A DNA stretch of 64,000 nt. It comes from Schizosaccharomyces osmophilus. Lineage: Eukaryota. The notes beneath the pieces were generated by a model that had not been told where the DNA came from, did no database searches, and saw nothing but the letters and a program-made list of their open reading frames with translations. This document shows positions 63,517 through 64,000 of this stretch, in pieces. Position numbers and translations under genes: made by a program. Positions within the stretch are counted from its first letter, which is position 1. The number at the start of each line of letters is the position of its first letter. The stretch spans positions 5,146,001-5,210,000 of the forward strand of contig NC_079238.1 of the NCBI RefSeq assembly GCF_027921745.1, read 5' to 3'.

Positions 63517-64000
63517 CTAATTAACCCTTGATAATATTGCCTTTTGTAACCGACCCAATATGTCTCCCAAGCAAAGTACTTCTTCAGACCTCATTCCATG
63601 AATGGACTCTTCTATTTGACTAGTCGCTTCAGATAAGACTCGAATAGCACTTGAAGGTGTCAATGATTCGTCTAAAGACGATATCAGATTTGTCACACCA
63701 GTAGTTGTGTCTGAATCCCCTTCACCACCTTCCGCCAGGAGACTAGTAAACCGTTTCTTACCGTGCTCAATTGAACCGGCTGGTCCAAGTTCAGATTCTT
63801 CACTATCAAAAACTCTTTTTTTGTCATTGACTGTCTGTGGCTCAAGCGATGTTGTTTGATTTAGCAAAGCAACATCTTCAGTCCTTGAACTACTTCTTCG
63901 TAGAAGGTTGCTTTCATAAGAGGAGTCAGCGTCAACAATAACCTCCGTTGGAGACTTCTTTTCTACGGTAAGGCCTTCGATGTTAATATCAGAAATATTT
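63517..64000 (-). CDS. rif1: 3' end of a large gene running off the window, probably Rif1
   Basis: Open frame to the window edge with an S/E-rich region and a terminal amphipathic helical segment. The name rests mainly on recalled synteny with ppk6. Confidence 0.5.
   Translation of the reverse strand, partial: NISDINIEGLTVEKKSPTEVIVDADSSYESNLLRRSSSRTEDVALLNQTTSLEPQTVNDKKRVFDSEESELGPAGSIEHGKKRFTSLLAEGGEGDSDTTTGVTNLISSLDESLTPSSAIRVLSEATSQIEESIHGMRSEEVLCLGDILGRLQKAILSRVN

Overview
Eukaryotic, intron-containing fission-yeast DNA (Schizosaccharomyces; the proteins resemble but differ from S. pombe, so probably the octosporus/cryophilus/osmophilus group, which is my inference). From 8.6 to 64 kb there is a compact block of housekeeping genes whose order matches my recollection of S. 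pombe chromosome I cosmids 3F10-1B2-1805: mug113, gsa1, grs1, trk1, mcm5, cox6, elo2, ugo1, crm1, tRNA-Leu(UAA), PNP, pub2, an acidic orphan, rpl14, ubiquitin-L40, rps26, a Ccz1-like gene, fmt1, an Alba-like gene, dlc1, dad2, hem2, cki3, nup132, trm13, ETF-beta, ppk6 and the 3' end of a probable rif1. The first 8.6 kb has no host genes and holds a decayed, full-length Ty3/gypsy chromovirus on the minus strand (2695-7717). Its notable features are two strongly dissimilar LTRs with no target-site duplication, a Tf1-style self-priming PBS, and a cluster of Ste11 TR-box-like sites in the 5' LTR. Other points of interest: a candidate H/ACA RNA (45665-45866), a non-AUG N-terminal extension of GlyRS, an exact 17-bp HomolD-containing element shared by neighbouring ribosomal-protein promoters, and two head-to-head genes whose ATGs are 21 bp apart. 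All calls were made by eye and no database search was run.
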